Source: Centroscyllium fabricii (Eukaryota). Taken from it: DNA of 64,000 bases. The first letter of the stretch is position 1. Each line of letters begins with the position of its first letter. The notes under the pieces were generated by a model. It saw only the letters and a list, made by a program, of their open reading frames with translations, made no database searches and had not been told where the DNA came from. Below are positions 23,140-35,281 of the stretch, piece by piece. The DNA lies in assembly GCA_051313645.2 (NCBI GenBank), contig JBNRSN020000019.1:60698001-60762000 (forward strand), in the 5' to 3' direction. The position numbers were made by a program, and so were the translations under genes.

Positions 23140-24475
23140 AGATCATAACAACGGTATGTAAAAGTGCTTTCCTCATGTCGCCTCTGGTTCTTTTGCCAAT
23201 TATTTAAATCTGTGCCCTCTGGTTACCGGTTCTTCTGTCACTGGAAACAGTCTCCTTTATTTACTCCATCAAAACTCATAATTGAACACCTCTATTAAAT
23301 CTCCCCTTAACCATCTTTGCTCCAAGGAGAACAACCCTAACTTCTCCAGTCTCTCCACATAACTGAAGTCCCGTATCCATGGTACCATTCTAGTAAATCT
23401 CCTCTGCACTATCGAAGGCCTTGGCATCCTTCCTAAAGTGTGGTGCGCAGAATTGAATACAATACTCCAGGCTGAGGCCCAATCAGTGATTTTTAAAAAG
23501 TTTAGCATAACTTCCTTCCTTTTGTATTCTATGCCTCTGATTATAAAGCCAAGGAGTCTGTATGCTTTTTTTTTTACAGCCTTCTCAACTTATCCTGCCA
23601 CCTTCAAAGATTTGTGTACGTCCAACCCCAGGTCTTTGCTCCTGCACCCCCATTAAAATTGCACCATTTCGTTTATATTGCCTCTCCTCGTTCTTTCGAC
23701 TAAAATGCATTACTTCACACTTCTCTCTGTTAAATTTCATCTGCCATGCATCTGCCCATTTCACCAGTCTGTCTATGTTTATTACTATCTTCCTCACTGT
23801 TTACTACATTCCTGAGTTTCATGTCACCTGCAGACTTTGAAATGATGCCCCGTATGCCCAAGTCCAGGTCATTCATATATATCAAAAAGAGCAGTGGTGC
23901 CAATACTAACCCCTGGGGGACACCACAGTATACGCTTCTCTCCATTCTGAAAAACAATCGCTTTCTGTCTCTTAGCCTAGGGGTTCCCAACCATTTTTTG
24001 ACCGCGGCCCATTTTGGACTTGTCAATTTTTTCGCGGACCCGGGGGGGGGGGGCTGCTGCCGGAGATTTTTTGACTGACCGTGGGGGGTGGCCTGGCGGA
24101 GATTTTTTGACTGACCGTGGGGGGGGTGCTGGTGGAGATTTTTTGACTGACCGTGGGGGGGGTGCTGGCGGAGATTTTTTGACTGACCGTGGGGGGGGTG
24201 CCGGAGTTTTTTTGACTGACCGGGGAGGGGGGGGGGGGGGTGTGCTGGCGGAGTTTTTTCCACTGACCGGGGGCGGGGTTTCTTCCGTCTGTGCCTCGCT
24301 CAACGTCTTCCGTCGGCGAATGATCTGCGCATGCGCCGAGGCACAGACCCTTCCGCGGCCCGGTAAGAATGTCCCGCGGACCGGCGGTTGGGGACCACTG
24401 TCTTAGACAATTCCGTATCTTTGCTGCCACTGCCCCTTTAATCCCATGGGCTTCAATGTTGCTAACATGTTTATT
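23140..24475 (-). mobile_element. Degraded CR1 fragment
   Basis: WQMKFNREKCEVMHF, GVPQGLVLAPLLFLIYMNDL, and VQRRFTRMVP. Confidence 0.8.
23978..24400. mobile_element. hAT MITE with an internal ~36-bp VNTR
   Basis: TIR taggggttcccaacc...ggttggggaccactg. TSD tcttagcc/tcttagac. Repeats of ggagattttttgactgaccgtggggggg. Confidence 0.88.
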
Positions 24476-24477
24476 AT

Positions 24478-25890
24478 GGACAAAGAAGCTGAATTCCAGA
24501 GGTGAAATGAGAGTGACTGCCCTTGACATCAAGGCAGCACTTGACTGAGTGTGGCATCAAGGAGCCCAAGTAAAACACGAAAGTCAATGGGAATCGGGGG
24601 GGTAAACTCTCCACTGGCTAGCACAAAGAAAGATGGTTGTGGTGGTTGAAGGGCAATCATCACAGCCCCAGGACATCACTGCAGGAGTTCCTCAGAGCAG
24701 TGTCCTAGGCCCAACCATCTTCAGCTGTGAGGAGAAATTTCTTCACCCAGAGAGTGGTGAACCTGTGGAGTTCTCTACCACAGAAGGCAGTAGTAGCCAA
24801 TTCATTAAATATATTCAAGAAGGAGTTGGATATATTTCTTAAGGCTAAAGGGATCAAGGGATATGGGGAGAAGGCAGGGACAGGGTACTGAATTTGGCTG
24901 ATCAGCCATGATCGCATTGAATGGCAGAGCAGGCTCGAGGGTCTGAATGGCCTCCTCCTGCTCCTATCTTCTATGTTTCTATGTTTCATCATAAGGTCAG
25001 AAGTGGGGATGTTCGCTGATGACTGCACTGGAGTGTCAGCCTAGCTTTATGTGCACTCTTCAGATAATGAAGCAGTCCATGTCAGCATGCAGCAAGACCT
25101 GGACGACATTCAGGCTTGGCCTGATAAGTGGCAGGTAACATTCACGCCAGGCAATGACTATCTCCAACAAGCGAGTGGCTAACCACCACCCCTTGACGTT
25201 CAATGGCAGTACCATCACCGAATCCCCCACACCATGAATATCCTGGGGGGTCACCATTGACGAGAAACGTAACTGGACCAGCCACATAAATACTTTAGCA
25301 ACAAGAGTAGGTCAGAGTCTGGGTATTCTGTGGCGAGTGTCTCACCTCCTGACTCCCCAAAGGCTTTCCACCATCTACAAGGCACACGTCAGGAGTGTGA
25401 TGGAATACTCTCCATTTACCTGGATGAGGTGCAGCTCTAACAACACTCAAGAAGCTTGATACCAATCAAGGCGAAGCAGCCCGCTTGATTGGCACCCCAT
25501 CCACCACCTTAAACATTCACTCCCTCCACCACCGGCGTACCGTGACTGCAGTGTGTACCATCTACAAGATGCACTGCAGCAACTCGCCACGGCTTCTTCA
25601 GCAGCACCTGCCAAACCCGTGACCTCTACAACCTGGAAGGACAAGGGCAGCAGGCGCATGGGAAAACCATCACCTCCAAGTTCCCTTCCAAGTCACAAAT
25701 CATCCTGACTTGGAACTCCTACATCACTGCTCGGTCAAAATCTTGGAACGCCCTCCCTAACAGCACTGTGGGAGCACCTTCACCACACGAACTGCAGCGG
25801 TTCAAGGTGGCGGCTCACCACCACCTTCTCAAGGGCAACTAGGTATGGACAATAAATGCTGGCCTTGTCATATCCCATGAACGAATAAAA
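24478..25890 (+). mobile_element. Zenon-like LINE fragment, interrupted by a CR1 3' end (about 24728-24985)
   Basis: AGVPQSSVLGPTIFSC, gttcgctgatga, and the same 3' tail as 8338-8458. Confidence 0.8.
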
Positions 25891-26454
25891 ATGTTTTAAA
25901 AATTGATTTTGTTTTGGATTATTGTCTCTAAAAGTTTCCCCACCACCAACGTTAGGCTGACTGGCCTGTAATTGCTGGGTTTATCCCTCTCCGCTTTTCT
26001 GAATTGGAGTGTAATATTTGCAATCCTCCAGTCCTCTGGCACCGCACCCATATCTAAAGAAGATTGGAAGATTGTGACCAGAGCCTCCGCTATCTCCACC
26101 CTTAGTTCCCTCAGCAACCAAGGATGCATCCTATCTGACCAGGTGACTTTTCTATTTTTAGCACTGCTAACCTTTTAATGACTTCCTCTTTAACTATTTT
26201 TATCTTATCCAATTTCTCCACCACCTCCTCCATAACCGACATTGGCAGCATCCTCTTCTTTAGTGAAGACAGATGCAAAGTAGTCATTTAGTACCTCAGC
26301 CATGCCCTCTGTCTCCACAAGATGATCTTTTTGGTCCCTAGTCAGCCTCACTCTTCCTTTGACTACCCTTTTACTATTTATATGTTTATAACAGACTTTT
26401 GGGTTCCCTTTTGTTACCTGCTAATCTATTCTCTTTACCCCTCATTTCTTTTTT

Positions 26455-26888
26455 CATAGAAACATAGAAGATAGGCCCTTCGAGTCTGCTCCGCCATTTA
26501 ATGAGATCATGGCTGATCATCCAAACTCAGTACCCTGTCCCTGCCTTGTCCGCATATCCCTCGATCCCTCTCGAGCCTGCACCGACACATATCCCACCTT
26601 ATCCCCATAACCCCACATATTCAATCCCCCTATAACCCCACATATTCAATCCCCCTATAACCCCACATATTCAATTCCCCTAACACTAAGTGTCAATTTA
26701 TCATGGCCAATCAACCTAATCCGCACATCTTTGGACTGTGGGAGGAAACCGGAGCACCCGGAGGAAACCCACGCAGATACGGGGAGAATGTGCAAACTCC
26801 ACACAGATAGTACCCAAGGCCGGATTTGAACCCGGGTCTCCAGTGCTGTAAGGTAACAGTGCTAACCACTATGCCACCGTGCCGCCCA
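26455..26888 (-). mobile_element. V-SINE (HE1-like)
   Basis: Same family as 15757-16157, with an internal 25-bp triplication. Confidence 0.9.
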
Positions 26889-28017
26889 TAAAATGTATAT
26901 TATAAAAATGCAGACATGAGGAGCTATAGTATAAAAATGCAGACATGAGGAGCTATAGTATAAAACTAAGACAATTTGTTGCAATCAGGAGGCTAGTTAT
27001 AAGGAAAGTATCCTATTAAAAATACTCTCTTTCCCCACTGCCGTTCCCCCCACCCCACTTATCAACATAACACTAATAAAGAAGCATGAATATCTCCCAG
27101 CTAAAATTTTAATATTTTTTTCTCAGAAACATAAAAAGCTACTGTTTTAGGTCTTCTCTCGCACCCAGGGAACTAAACTGCAGATGTCAGTTAAAGCACA
27201 TCAGAATTCTATAGGAAACTGCATTGATCGATATCCTTAAATGACTCAAACGCCAAGTCAGATGCCATTCAAGCCAGGAAGAGTCGATAGCAATGGAGTA
27301 CAAAGTCAGAAGCCATTTGGTATTGATTTTTCCCAGTTCAGGTGCCTTGTGATCAGTATTCTAGTTGATATTGAATGGTGACGCTAGAGAATAAACTGTT
27401 AGTTGCCTAAACTGATAAATGGAAGCACAGTATTGTTTCCAATGATGTCAGGTACTCATATGGCTAAACAGTCAGTTACTGCCATACACAAAGCTGTTGG
27501 TCCGTTGTCAATAGAAAGTTCAATTTTTCCCACAAAGATTCCCCTCAAGGCAAACTGTTTTATTGGAAAATTGAGCTTGATCTTCCATAGATCAACTATA
27601 TTTTCTTTTTAGACATCTCAGACTCATTTTACAGAGATATATTTATAGCATTACAATCAATAAAACTATCAATGGATTGCAGAAATAGTCGAGTCTCTTC
27701 CAGCATGTGAAAAGATTATACTTACTTTTTGTGTTTTCAAAAAGGGGAAAAGAAAATCACTGAACTCAAATATCGCCACATTAAAATTATTTTCCACAAA
27801 CTTTTCAGGTTCTTGCATCAAATCTTCATATTATCTGCATCTACTTTAACACAATTTGATGTACATACCTTATTAGAAGCAGTTTTCAAACTACATTTAA
27901 ATTGAAATGTCTATATCCTCAGTACGCGACAGTGCCTAAAATATTCTATTGTACAATGCAGAAATATTTTCAAAAGATTTCAACATATGTATTTCTGCCT
28001 TTTCCCCTCAAACTCAC

Positions 28018-28175
28018 CATCTTTGTCTGTGGCTGGTCCTCCAAGTGCAAAGCCTAATTCAGCAGCATGGTCTGGACTGTTGAACATGGACGCCCCTTTC
28101 ACTTTGCTTGTTCGATAGTATGGTGACTGATGAAGTTTCTTCTTTGTATCATACTCAGTGATTAGATGAGAACAA
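28018..28175 (-). CDS. ANKRD26: Ankyrin-repeat gene, exon E (158 bp)
   Basis: ttttgcacag| ... |gtgagt. Encodes (A)CSHLITEYDTKKKLHQSPYYRTSKVKGASMFNSPDHAAELGFALGGPATDKD, phase 2-1, and completes the last ankyrin helix (GHHACSHLI). Confidence 0.88.
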
Positions 28176-28203
28176 CTGTGCAAAATCAGAATTAAGATGT
28201 TAC

Positions 28204-31200
28204 TGTAGCGCTTGCAGGACCCAAGAACCACACAGGAGCCGGAGAGACAGATAACACTTGTTTAATAAACAACTACATAAGCAAGAAAGAGACTGAACCA
28301 CGAGGAGCAGGCTTATTTAAACTACCCGCCGCTCGTGACCTCATCACGCCGAGAGACGTGGTGACGTCATCGCGTCACCCGGTGGGCGGGGCCATGCCCC
28401 GCAGTACTCCCGAGGCGGATTCGCCAGCCGGCGTACCGCCACACAGCTCCCCCCAGAATCCGTCCGAGAGGAAAAGAGTCTATACGAGGCGTCGTGGTGG
28501 CCGTAAGATGCGGCTGGCACGTGTCGTGCGTTGCTCCTGGTGCTGCGGTGGAGTGTGGGCGGGTGTTGGTGCGGGAGGGCGTCCGCGTTGAGGTGGTTGG
28601 GCGGGGACTGTCGCGTTGCCCGCTGTTACGTGTGCCGGTTTCAGCCGGTCGATGGAGACTGTTTCTGTCCGGTTGCCCAGCTGTAGCTCAAAAGCTTTAG
28701 ATCCCGCCCGAAGCACTCTGTAGGGGCCGTCGTAAGGTGGCCGTAGAGGTGAACGATGGGCGTCGTGGCGGACGAACACGTACTTTGCGTGCTTGATGTT
28801 GTCCGGTACACGTGCCGCCGGCTCTCCGTGCCGGGCCACCGGTAAGGGGGTGAACACTCGTGCCGGGATGGCAAAGTCCTTGAGGAACTGGTCGGCCGAC
28901 CAGGGAGCGTTTGATTCGGCGAGAAACTCGCCCGGCACTCTTAATGTCTGGCCGTAGACGAGTTCCGCTGCGGAGGCGTGCAAATCTTCTTTGGCCGCCG
29001 AGCGTATTCCGAGCAGTACCCAAGGAAGACGGTCTGTCCATGATGCGTCTTTGAGGCTGGCCCGCAGGGAGGCTTTCATGGAGCGGTGGAACCTTTCGCA
29101 GAGCCCGTTAGCTTGTGGGTGGTACGCGGTGGTTCTATGCAGGGTCACCCCGAGGTCGCGGGCGATGGCCGCCCATAGTGCCGACGTAAATTGGGGACCT
29201 CTGTCCGACGTGATGTCGGTGGGCACGCCGAAACGGGCGACCCAAGTCGCGATGAACGCACTGGCTAAGTCCGTGGTGTTAGTAGCAACCAGGGGGACTG
29301 CTTCTGGCCAGCGAGTGTTGCGGTCGACCATGGTCATGACGTGTGTGTGGCCCCGGGATGGCGGCAGTGGTCCAACGAGATCAACGTGGACGTGGTCGAA
29401 GCGCCTGGCTGGCACGGTAAACGTTTCCAGCGGGGCTTTGATGTGCTTGTGCACTTTGGCCCGCTGGCAGGCGATGGTCCAGGCGCGGACGTCTTTGCGA
29501 AGGCCGTGCCACACAAAACGGGCCGAAATAAGTTTAATGGAGGCGCGGGTGCCGGGGTGGGACAGGCAATGGAGGGTCTCGAAAATGCGCCGCCTCCATG
29601 CGTGGGGGACGACGGGTCTGGGCTGCGGTAACGATACGTCGCAGCAGACGACGGTGGCCGCGGGGCCATGTGCGATGTTGGCCAAGCGTAGGCCAGGGAG
29701 GTTTTCTGCTGGGTCGAGCAGGTCTGGGTCTGCCAGCTGGTCTGCTGCCAGCTTGGCGTAATCGACCGCCATTTGGGCGGCGTTAATGGTGGGACGTGAC
29801 AGGCAGTCAGCAACCACGTTGTCGCCGCCGGAGATGTGCTGGATGTCGGTTGTGAATTCCGACACGGCTGCGAGTTGGCGCTGCTGCTGCCTGGCCAACC
29901 AGGGTTCGGAGATCTTAGCCATTGCGAATGTCAGTGGCTTATGATCCACGAAAGCTGTGAAGGGACGGCCCTCCAGGAGGAAGCGAAAATGGCGCACAGC
30001 GAGGTAGAGAGCGAGGAGCTCCCTGTCGAAGGCGCTGTACTTGACCTCCGGGGGCCATAGGTGCCGGCTGAAAAAGGCCAGGGGCTGCCAGGAGTTGCCC
30101 GCCCAGTTTGAAAACGGCCCCGACAGCGTGGTCGGAGGCGTCAGTGGTGAGGGCCACTCTGGCATTGGGCCTGGGGTGGGCTAGGAGGGTGGCGTTGGCC
30201 AGGGCGGTCTTGGTTGCGGTAAACGCGGTGGCGGCGTCGGCCGTCCACTCGACCGCGGTTTTGCCGGACTGCCCGCGTGTGGCCTGGTATAGGGGGGCCA
30301 TGAGAGCGGCTGCGCCTGGGATGAAGCGGTTATAAAAGTTAACCATCCCGAGGAACTCCTGCAGGCCCTTAATAGAGTGTGGGCGGGGGAATTCCTGGAC
30401 TGCCTGCACTTTGGAGGGCAGGGGTATGGCCCCGGTTTTGGAAATGCGGTGGCCCAGGAAGTCTATAATTTCTAGGCCAAATTTGCATTTGGAGGGGCTT
30501 AATATGAGGCCGTGTTCGGTCAGGCGCTGGAACAGGGTCCTGAGATGCAGGAGGTGCTCCTGGGGGGAGGTGCTGGCCACGAGGATGTCGTCTAAGTAGA
30601 CGAAAATGAACTGCAAGTCCCGCAGGACTGAGTCCATTAGGCGCTGAAAGGCATGGGCCGCGTTTTTGAGTCCGAAGGGCATCCTGAGGAACTCGAACAG
30701 GCCGAAGGGGGTGATGACGGCTGTCTTGGGGACATCCGCCGGGTGCACCGGGACCTGGTGGTAGCCACGCACCAGGTCGATCTTGGAGAAGATCGTGCAG
30801 CCCGCTAGCCTGGCGGAGAAATCCTGGATGTGGGGTACGGGGTACCTATCTGGGGTAGTGGCGTTGTTGAGGCGGCGGTAGTCGGCGCAGGGGCGCCAAC
30901 CCCCGCCCGGCTTGGGGGCGATGTGGAGGGGAGAGGCCCAGGGGCTGCTGGAGCGGCGGATTATGCCGAGTTGCTCCATAGTGCCGAACTCGGTGTGCGC
31001 AATCTCCAGCTTGGCCGGGTCCAGCCTGCGGGCGTGGGCATGCACGGGAGGGCCGGTGGTGGTGATAAAGTGTTCCACCCCGTGTTTGGCCGTGCGAGCG
31101 GTGAAGGTGGGATTGGTAAGGGCTGGGAACTCAGCGAGGAGCGAGCCGTACGCGTCAGAGTTCCGGGCGCGGCATTGTGCCGCCGCGTGGGCCAGGAGTG

Positions 31201-32625
31201 CCGGCCCTGTGGAGCATGGGATGGTCGACATATTTTTAATGTCGACCAGGCGGCGCCGGGTCATGTCGACCAGGAGGCCGTGGGCACAGAGGAAATCTGC
31301 TCCGAGGAGGGGTGATGTGACCTGGGCCATGACGAACTCCCATTCGTACGTGTGGCCGGCAAGCTGGATTGTTAGCTTGCGGGTCCCGTACATTTTGATG
31401 TCCAAGCCGTTGGCAGCCGCGAGTGGCGGGCCCCGGGTGCCTTTTTTGGCTTCTGCGGGGGAGGCTGGCACGATGCTGTGCTGTGCGCCTGTGTCGCAGA
31501 GGAACCGGAGGCCTGTGCCGCTGTCTGTGACGTAGAGCAGGGCTCCGGTGTGGCCGACAGACATGGTGGGGGCTGGGCCGGGCTGTTGCTTGAACGTGAA
31601 GGGCAGGACGCAGCGGTGCGCTTTAGTGCCGAACCGCGCGTGGTAGTAGCAGTGACCGGTGCTTGCGGCACGCGGTTGCTTGGGAGGGCGCGGGGGCCTG
31701 GGTTCAGGCGTTGGGTTGGACCTGGGGAGCGAGTGGGTGGGCTCGACTGCCGCGGCAGTGAGGTCGCACGTGGCGGAGCGGGTACGCTCGGCCGCCATGA
31801 GCCTGTCGGCTTCCTCGGCTAGCTCGTCCCCGCTCCGGTGGCAGAAGGCCGCCAGGGCCGGTCTGATGGAGGGGGGCAGCTTAAGGAGGAAAATGGTGCG
31901 GAACAGGGAGGCGGGATCGGCGGTGAGCGCGTGCATTTGGCCCCAAAGGTCCGATGGGTCTGCGTCCCCGAGTTCGGGGAGGTTAAGGAATTGGCAGTCG
32001 AGCTCGAACTGGGAGGGGGTGAATTTTTTAAGTAGCGCGGCCTTGATAAATTCATACCTGCCTGCTGCGGGCACGCGCTGTAGCTTCGACCACATCCGAT
32101 CGATCGTCGATTGCGGTAGGGCCGAGAAGACCAGGTCGTAGCGGTCGTCCCCCAGGATGCCATGAGTGCGGCAGCTGGTCTCAATACACATAAACCACGC
32201 TGCCGGGCGTTGCTCCCAGAACTCCGGTAGAGTTAGTCTGTGCCCGGGGTTCTGGCCAAGTCCTTGTAGACGAGAAGCTTGGTTTCTGGAAGTCATGTTG
32301 TTTTAGAAAGTGTTCTGAGGCTGCTTGGTTTTCAGTCCTGTAGCTGCTGTTTTCTCCTTGGAAGACGTTCCAAGTCAGGGTCACCACTGTAGCGCTTGCA
32401 GGACCCAAGAACCACACAGGAGCCGGAGAGACAGATAACACTTGTTTAATTAACAACTACATAAGCAAGAAAGAGACTGAACCACGAGGAGCAGGCTTAT
32501 TTAAACTACCCGCCGCTCGTGACCTCATCACGCCGAGACGTGGTGACGTCATCGCGTCACCCGGTGGGCGGGGCCATGCCCCGCAGTACTCCCGAGGCGG
32601 ATTCGCCAGCCGGCGTACCGCCACA
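28204..32625 (-). mobile_element. Full-length Gypsy LTR retrotransposon, CsRn1-like (copy 1)
   Basis: LTRs 28204-28443 and 32388-32625 (TG..CA, two differences). TSD ttac. PBS tggtgaccctgac (tRNA-Trp type). PPT ggattctggggggag. Confidence 0.97.
28480..32296 (-). pseudogene. gag-pol of Gypsy copy 1 (frameshift near 30110)
   Basis: Gag [13 protein letters not shown] and CYYHARFGTKAHRC, protease CDTGA, RT YLDD, RNase H TDAS...RELLA...DHKPL, integrase HVDL...SDRG...GLCER. Confidence 0.93.
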
Positions 32626-32918
32626 TTACTTACATAAGATTTACCCAAACTAGAAGAAATATATTTGGACAACTGTTTTTCTACCATGGAAATATTAAGC
32701 TAATTTTTAATAATTTGTAGGCACTGTGTCTTAATATAGGGAGGGAAGAGCAAATTTTCAGCTGTTTCATTCTGAAAGTTTAGAATCAGTGAAAATACAG
32801 CACATAAGGCGGCCATTCGGCTATCCAATTAGTTCCACTGCCCTGGCCTTTCCCCATAGCCCTGCAATTACCCCCCCCCCCTTCCAAATATTTATCCAAT
32901 TTCCTTTTGAAAGTTGTT

Positions 32919-33663
32919 GGCCTGGATTTTCCAGGGCCTATGACCACGTACACACAGCGTGCGCGGTCGTAAATGCCCCGTATGTTCCAGGTTTCCGCAT
33001 GTGATGTGCACGCCGAAAACCCGGAACTTGCGATCTGTCAAGATTCTGCTCGACAGATCATACGAATCCGAAGGAAATGGAGATTCACTGGCGCGGGGTT
33101 GGGATATTACTGCTGCTCAGCGAATACCCACAAAACTCTTATGCCTGGTAAAAGCAGGCGTAAGGCTTTAAATAAATATTAAAATAAAATTTTAAAAATC
33201 ATTTAAACATTCAAAACCTTTAAAATTAGTTTAGGTTATTTTTTGCCCCTTTAAAAATGTTTAAATTTATTTTTCAAAAAATTATATTTTTGTTTTAAAT
33301 GTTTAATTAAATTGTATTTTAATTAATTTTAAAACATGTGATGATTTATTTTTATTAAGATAGCGTGAAAATGTATTTTTTTCTGTGATTCTTAATATGC
33401 TTATGGGGATTCCGTACATAAATGGAATCCCCATAAGCATAATGGGAATCCCACTTTGTAATTGATTGGGCTTACCCACGTGATCCCAAGGATGCTTGCA
33501 AACCACATGCACCCCTGAAATAAATGGATCTTCATGTGGGCGTACGCCTGCAGGCCCAGTAGCGAGAGTCTTCGTAGGTCCGGGGCCATCAGATAAGTTT
33601 GGAGTTTACTTGCGGTTCGGAGGCATTCGCCTGGGGGAAGTCTCCGACCGCAATTGCCGGTCC
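32919..33663. mobile_element. Non-autonomous Harbinger-like element inserted in a CR1 fragment
   Basis: Splits ...ttgaaagtt|attgaatctgcttcc (intact version at about 20490). Imperfect ggcc-type termini, 3-bp TSD gtt/att, AT-rich centre. Confidence 0.6.
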
Positions 33664-34335
33664 ATTATTGAATCTGCTTCCATCAGCCTTTCAGGCAGTG
33701 CATTTCAGATCATCATAACTCGGTGTGTAAAAAATGTTTTCCTCAGGCCACCTCTGCTTCTTTTGTCAATTATCTAAATCTGTGTCCTCTATTACTGACC
33801 CTTCTGTCAGTGGAAACAGTTTCTCTGTATTTACTCTTATCAAAACCATTCATAATTTTGAAAACCTCTATTAAATTTCCCCATAACCTTCTCCACTCTA
33901 AGGTCAACCCCAGTTTCTCTAGTCTCTTCACGTAACTGAAGTATTTCATCCCTGGTACCATTCTAGTATTTCGCCTCTGCACCCTCTCTAAGGCTTTGAC
34001 ATCCTTCTTGTGCGGTGCCTAGAACTGGCCACAATACTCCAGCTGAGGCCTAACCAGTGTTTTATAAAAGGATGAGAAGAACGTCCTGGCTTTTGTATTC
34101 TATGCTTCGGTTTATAAAGCCAAGGATCCCATATGCTTTTTTAACAGCCTTCTAAACATGTCCTGCCATTTTCAAAGACTTGTGTACGTACACCCCCATG
34201 TTGCTCTGTTCCAACACACCCTTTAAAATTGTACCACTTAGGTTTATATTGCCTGGCCTCATTTTTCCTACCAAAGTTTGTCATCTACAAACTTTGAAAT
34301 TATACCCGGTATACCCAAACCCAGGTCATTAAGAT
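33664..34335 (-). mobile_element. CR1 fragment (continues 32790-32918)
   Basis: RLEKLGL...GNLIEVFKIMNGFD...RGHRFR. Confidence 0.8.
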
Positions 34336-34355
34336 CTTATCCTAACTTCCATATT

Positions 34356-35281
34356 TCAATTCAATTCAGTGTATTTGTCACATGTACTAAATACAACAGG
34401 TGTAATCTAGACAGTGAAATGCTTTTTTCACGGCTCGAACACACCGCACAACAAAGAACACCAAGCTGCCTGACACACCCGGAGCCCGTAAGACGGCAGC
34501 TACCTCACCAGCGCCATCAATCACAAGTCCCGTTTCCGCACCGCTCCGACCACTCCTGCATGCAAAGTTCTTAAAGTCCTTTCTGCTGTTTCACTCGCTG
34601 ACCTTCTTCTGTTGTTTCACTCACTCCCCTGCATCCTCTCGATAGACCTGGGCTCCGGGTGCAGCATTCGAAGGCCCTGGTCCGGCCCCTTGGTCCGGCA
34701 TGCCGGCTCCTTCCGAATCAGCCGAGCTCCGAAGCACCTGGAGGCCTGTGATCTGCCTCTCGGGCTCCCCCCGAACCTTCTCGGAACCTGGGCTCCTGGG
34801 GCGCGTTCGAAGGCCCTGGTCCCTTGCCTTGCCTCGCGGCTCCAACCGAGTCCGCCGAGCTCCGGGAGCAAGTCCAAGTTCAAATTTTATTGTTACATGT
34901 ACTAAATAAAAAATCTAGACAGTAAAATGCATATTGCTTTCCGCACGCGCTATACAACAAGAACATTAAGATGCACGGCACGCACGGAGCCCGCAAGACG
35001 TCAGCCATTCTCCGGCGCCATCATCGTGGGTCCGTTGCTGCTCCGGCCTCTCAGTTCGATGTTATCATCCTCTTCCTTCCATTCCATACACTACAATACG
35101 CCGCTAAATCCAATGTTGACATTCATCGCAGACGCGAAGCGCGGTGTCCGACGGCCCGCCTTGCCGGCTCCCCGAGTCCTCCAGGCTCCACGTTCCCCTG
35201 CTCACTCCCGACTGCCTCTCCTCATCCTACCGTCTACGCCAGGCTCCTCCTGGCGTTCCTCATGGACGGATGGCAGCCGAT
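34356..35281 (-). mobile_element. Two stacked GC-rich non-autonomous retroposons with Rex1/Babar-like 3' tails
   Basis: Two related tails (...tttagtacatgtgacaaata..gaattgaattg at about 34356-34425 and ...tttagtacatgtaacaataaa at about 34870-34930). The bodies are non-coding and CpG-rich. Confidence 0.5.

Noticed and set aside
23730-24532. Pro/Gly-rich ORFs on both strands
   Set aside because: They are translations of the VNTR in a hAT MITE.
26900-26966. Short tandem duplications (also at about 5930-5975 and 49599-49638)
   Set aside because: Ordinary slippage-type duplications.
27150-27620. Protein-like non-repetitive patch
   Set aside because: Stops occur in the frames examined and there is no consistent splice pair.
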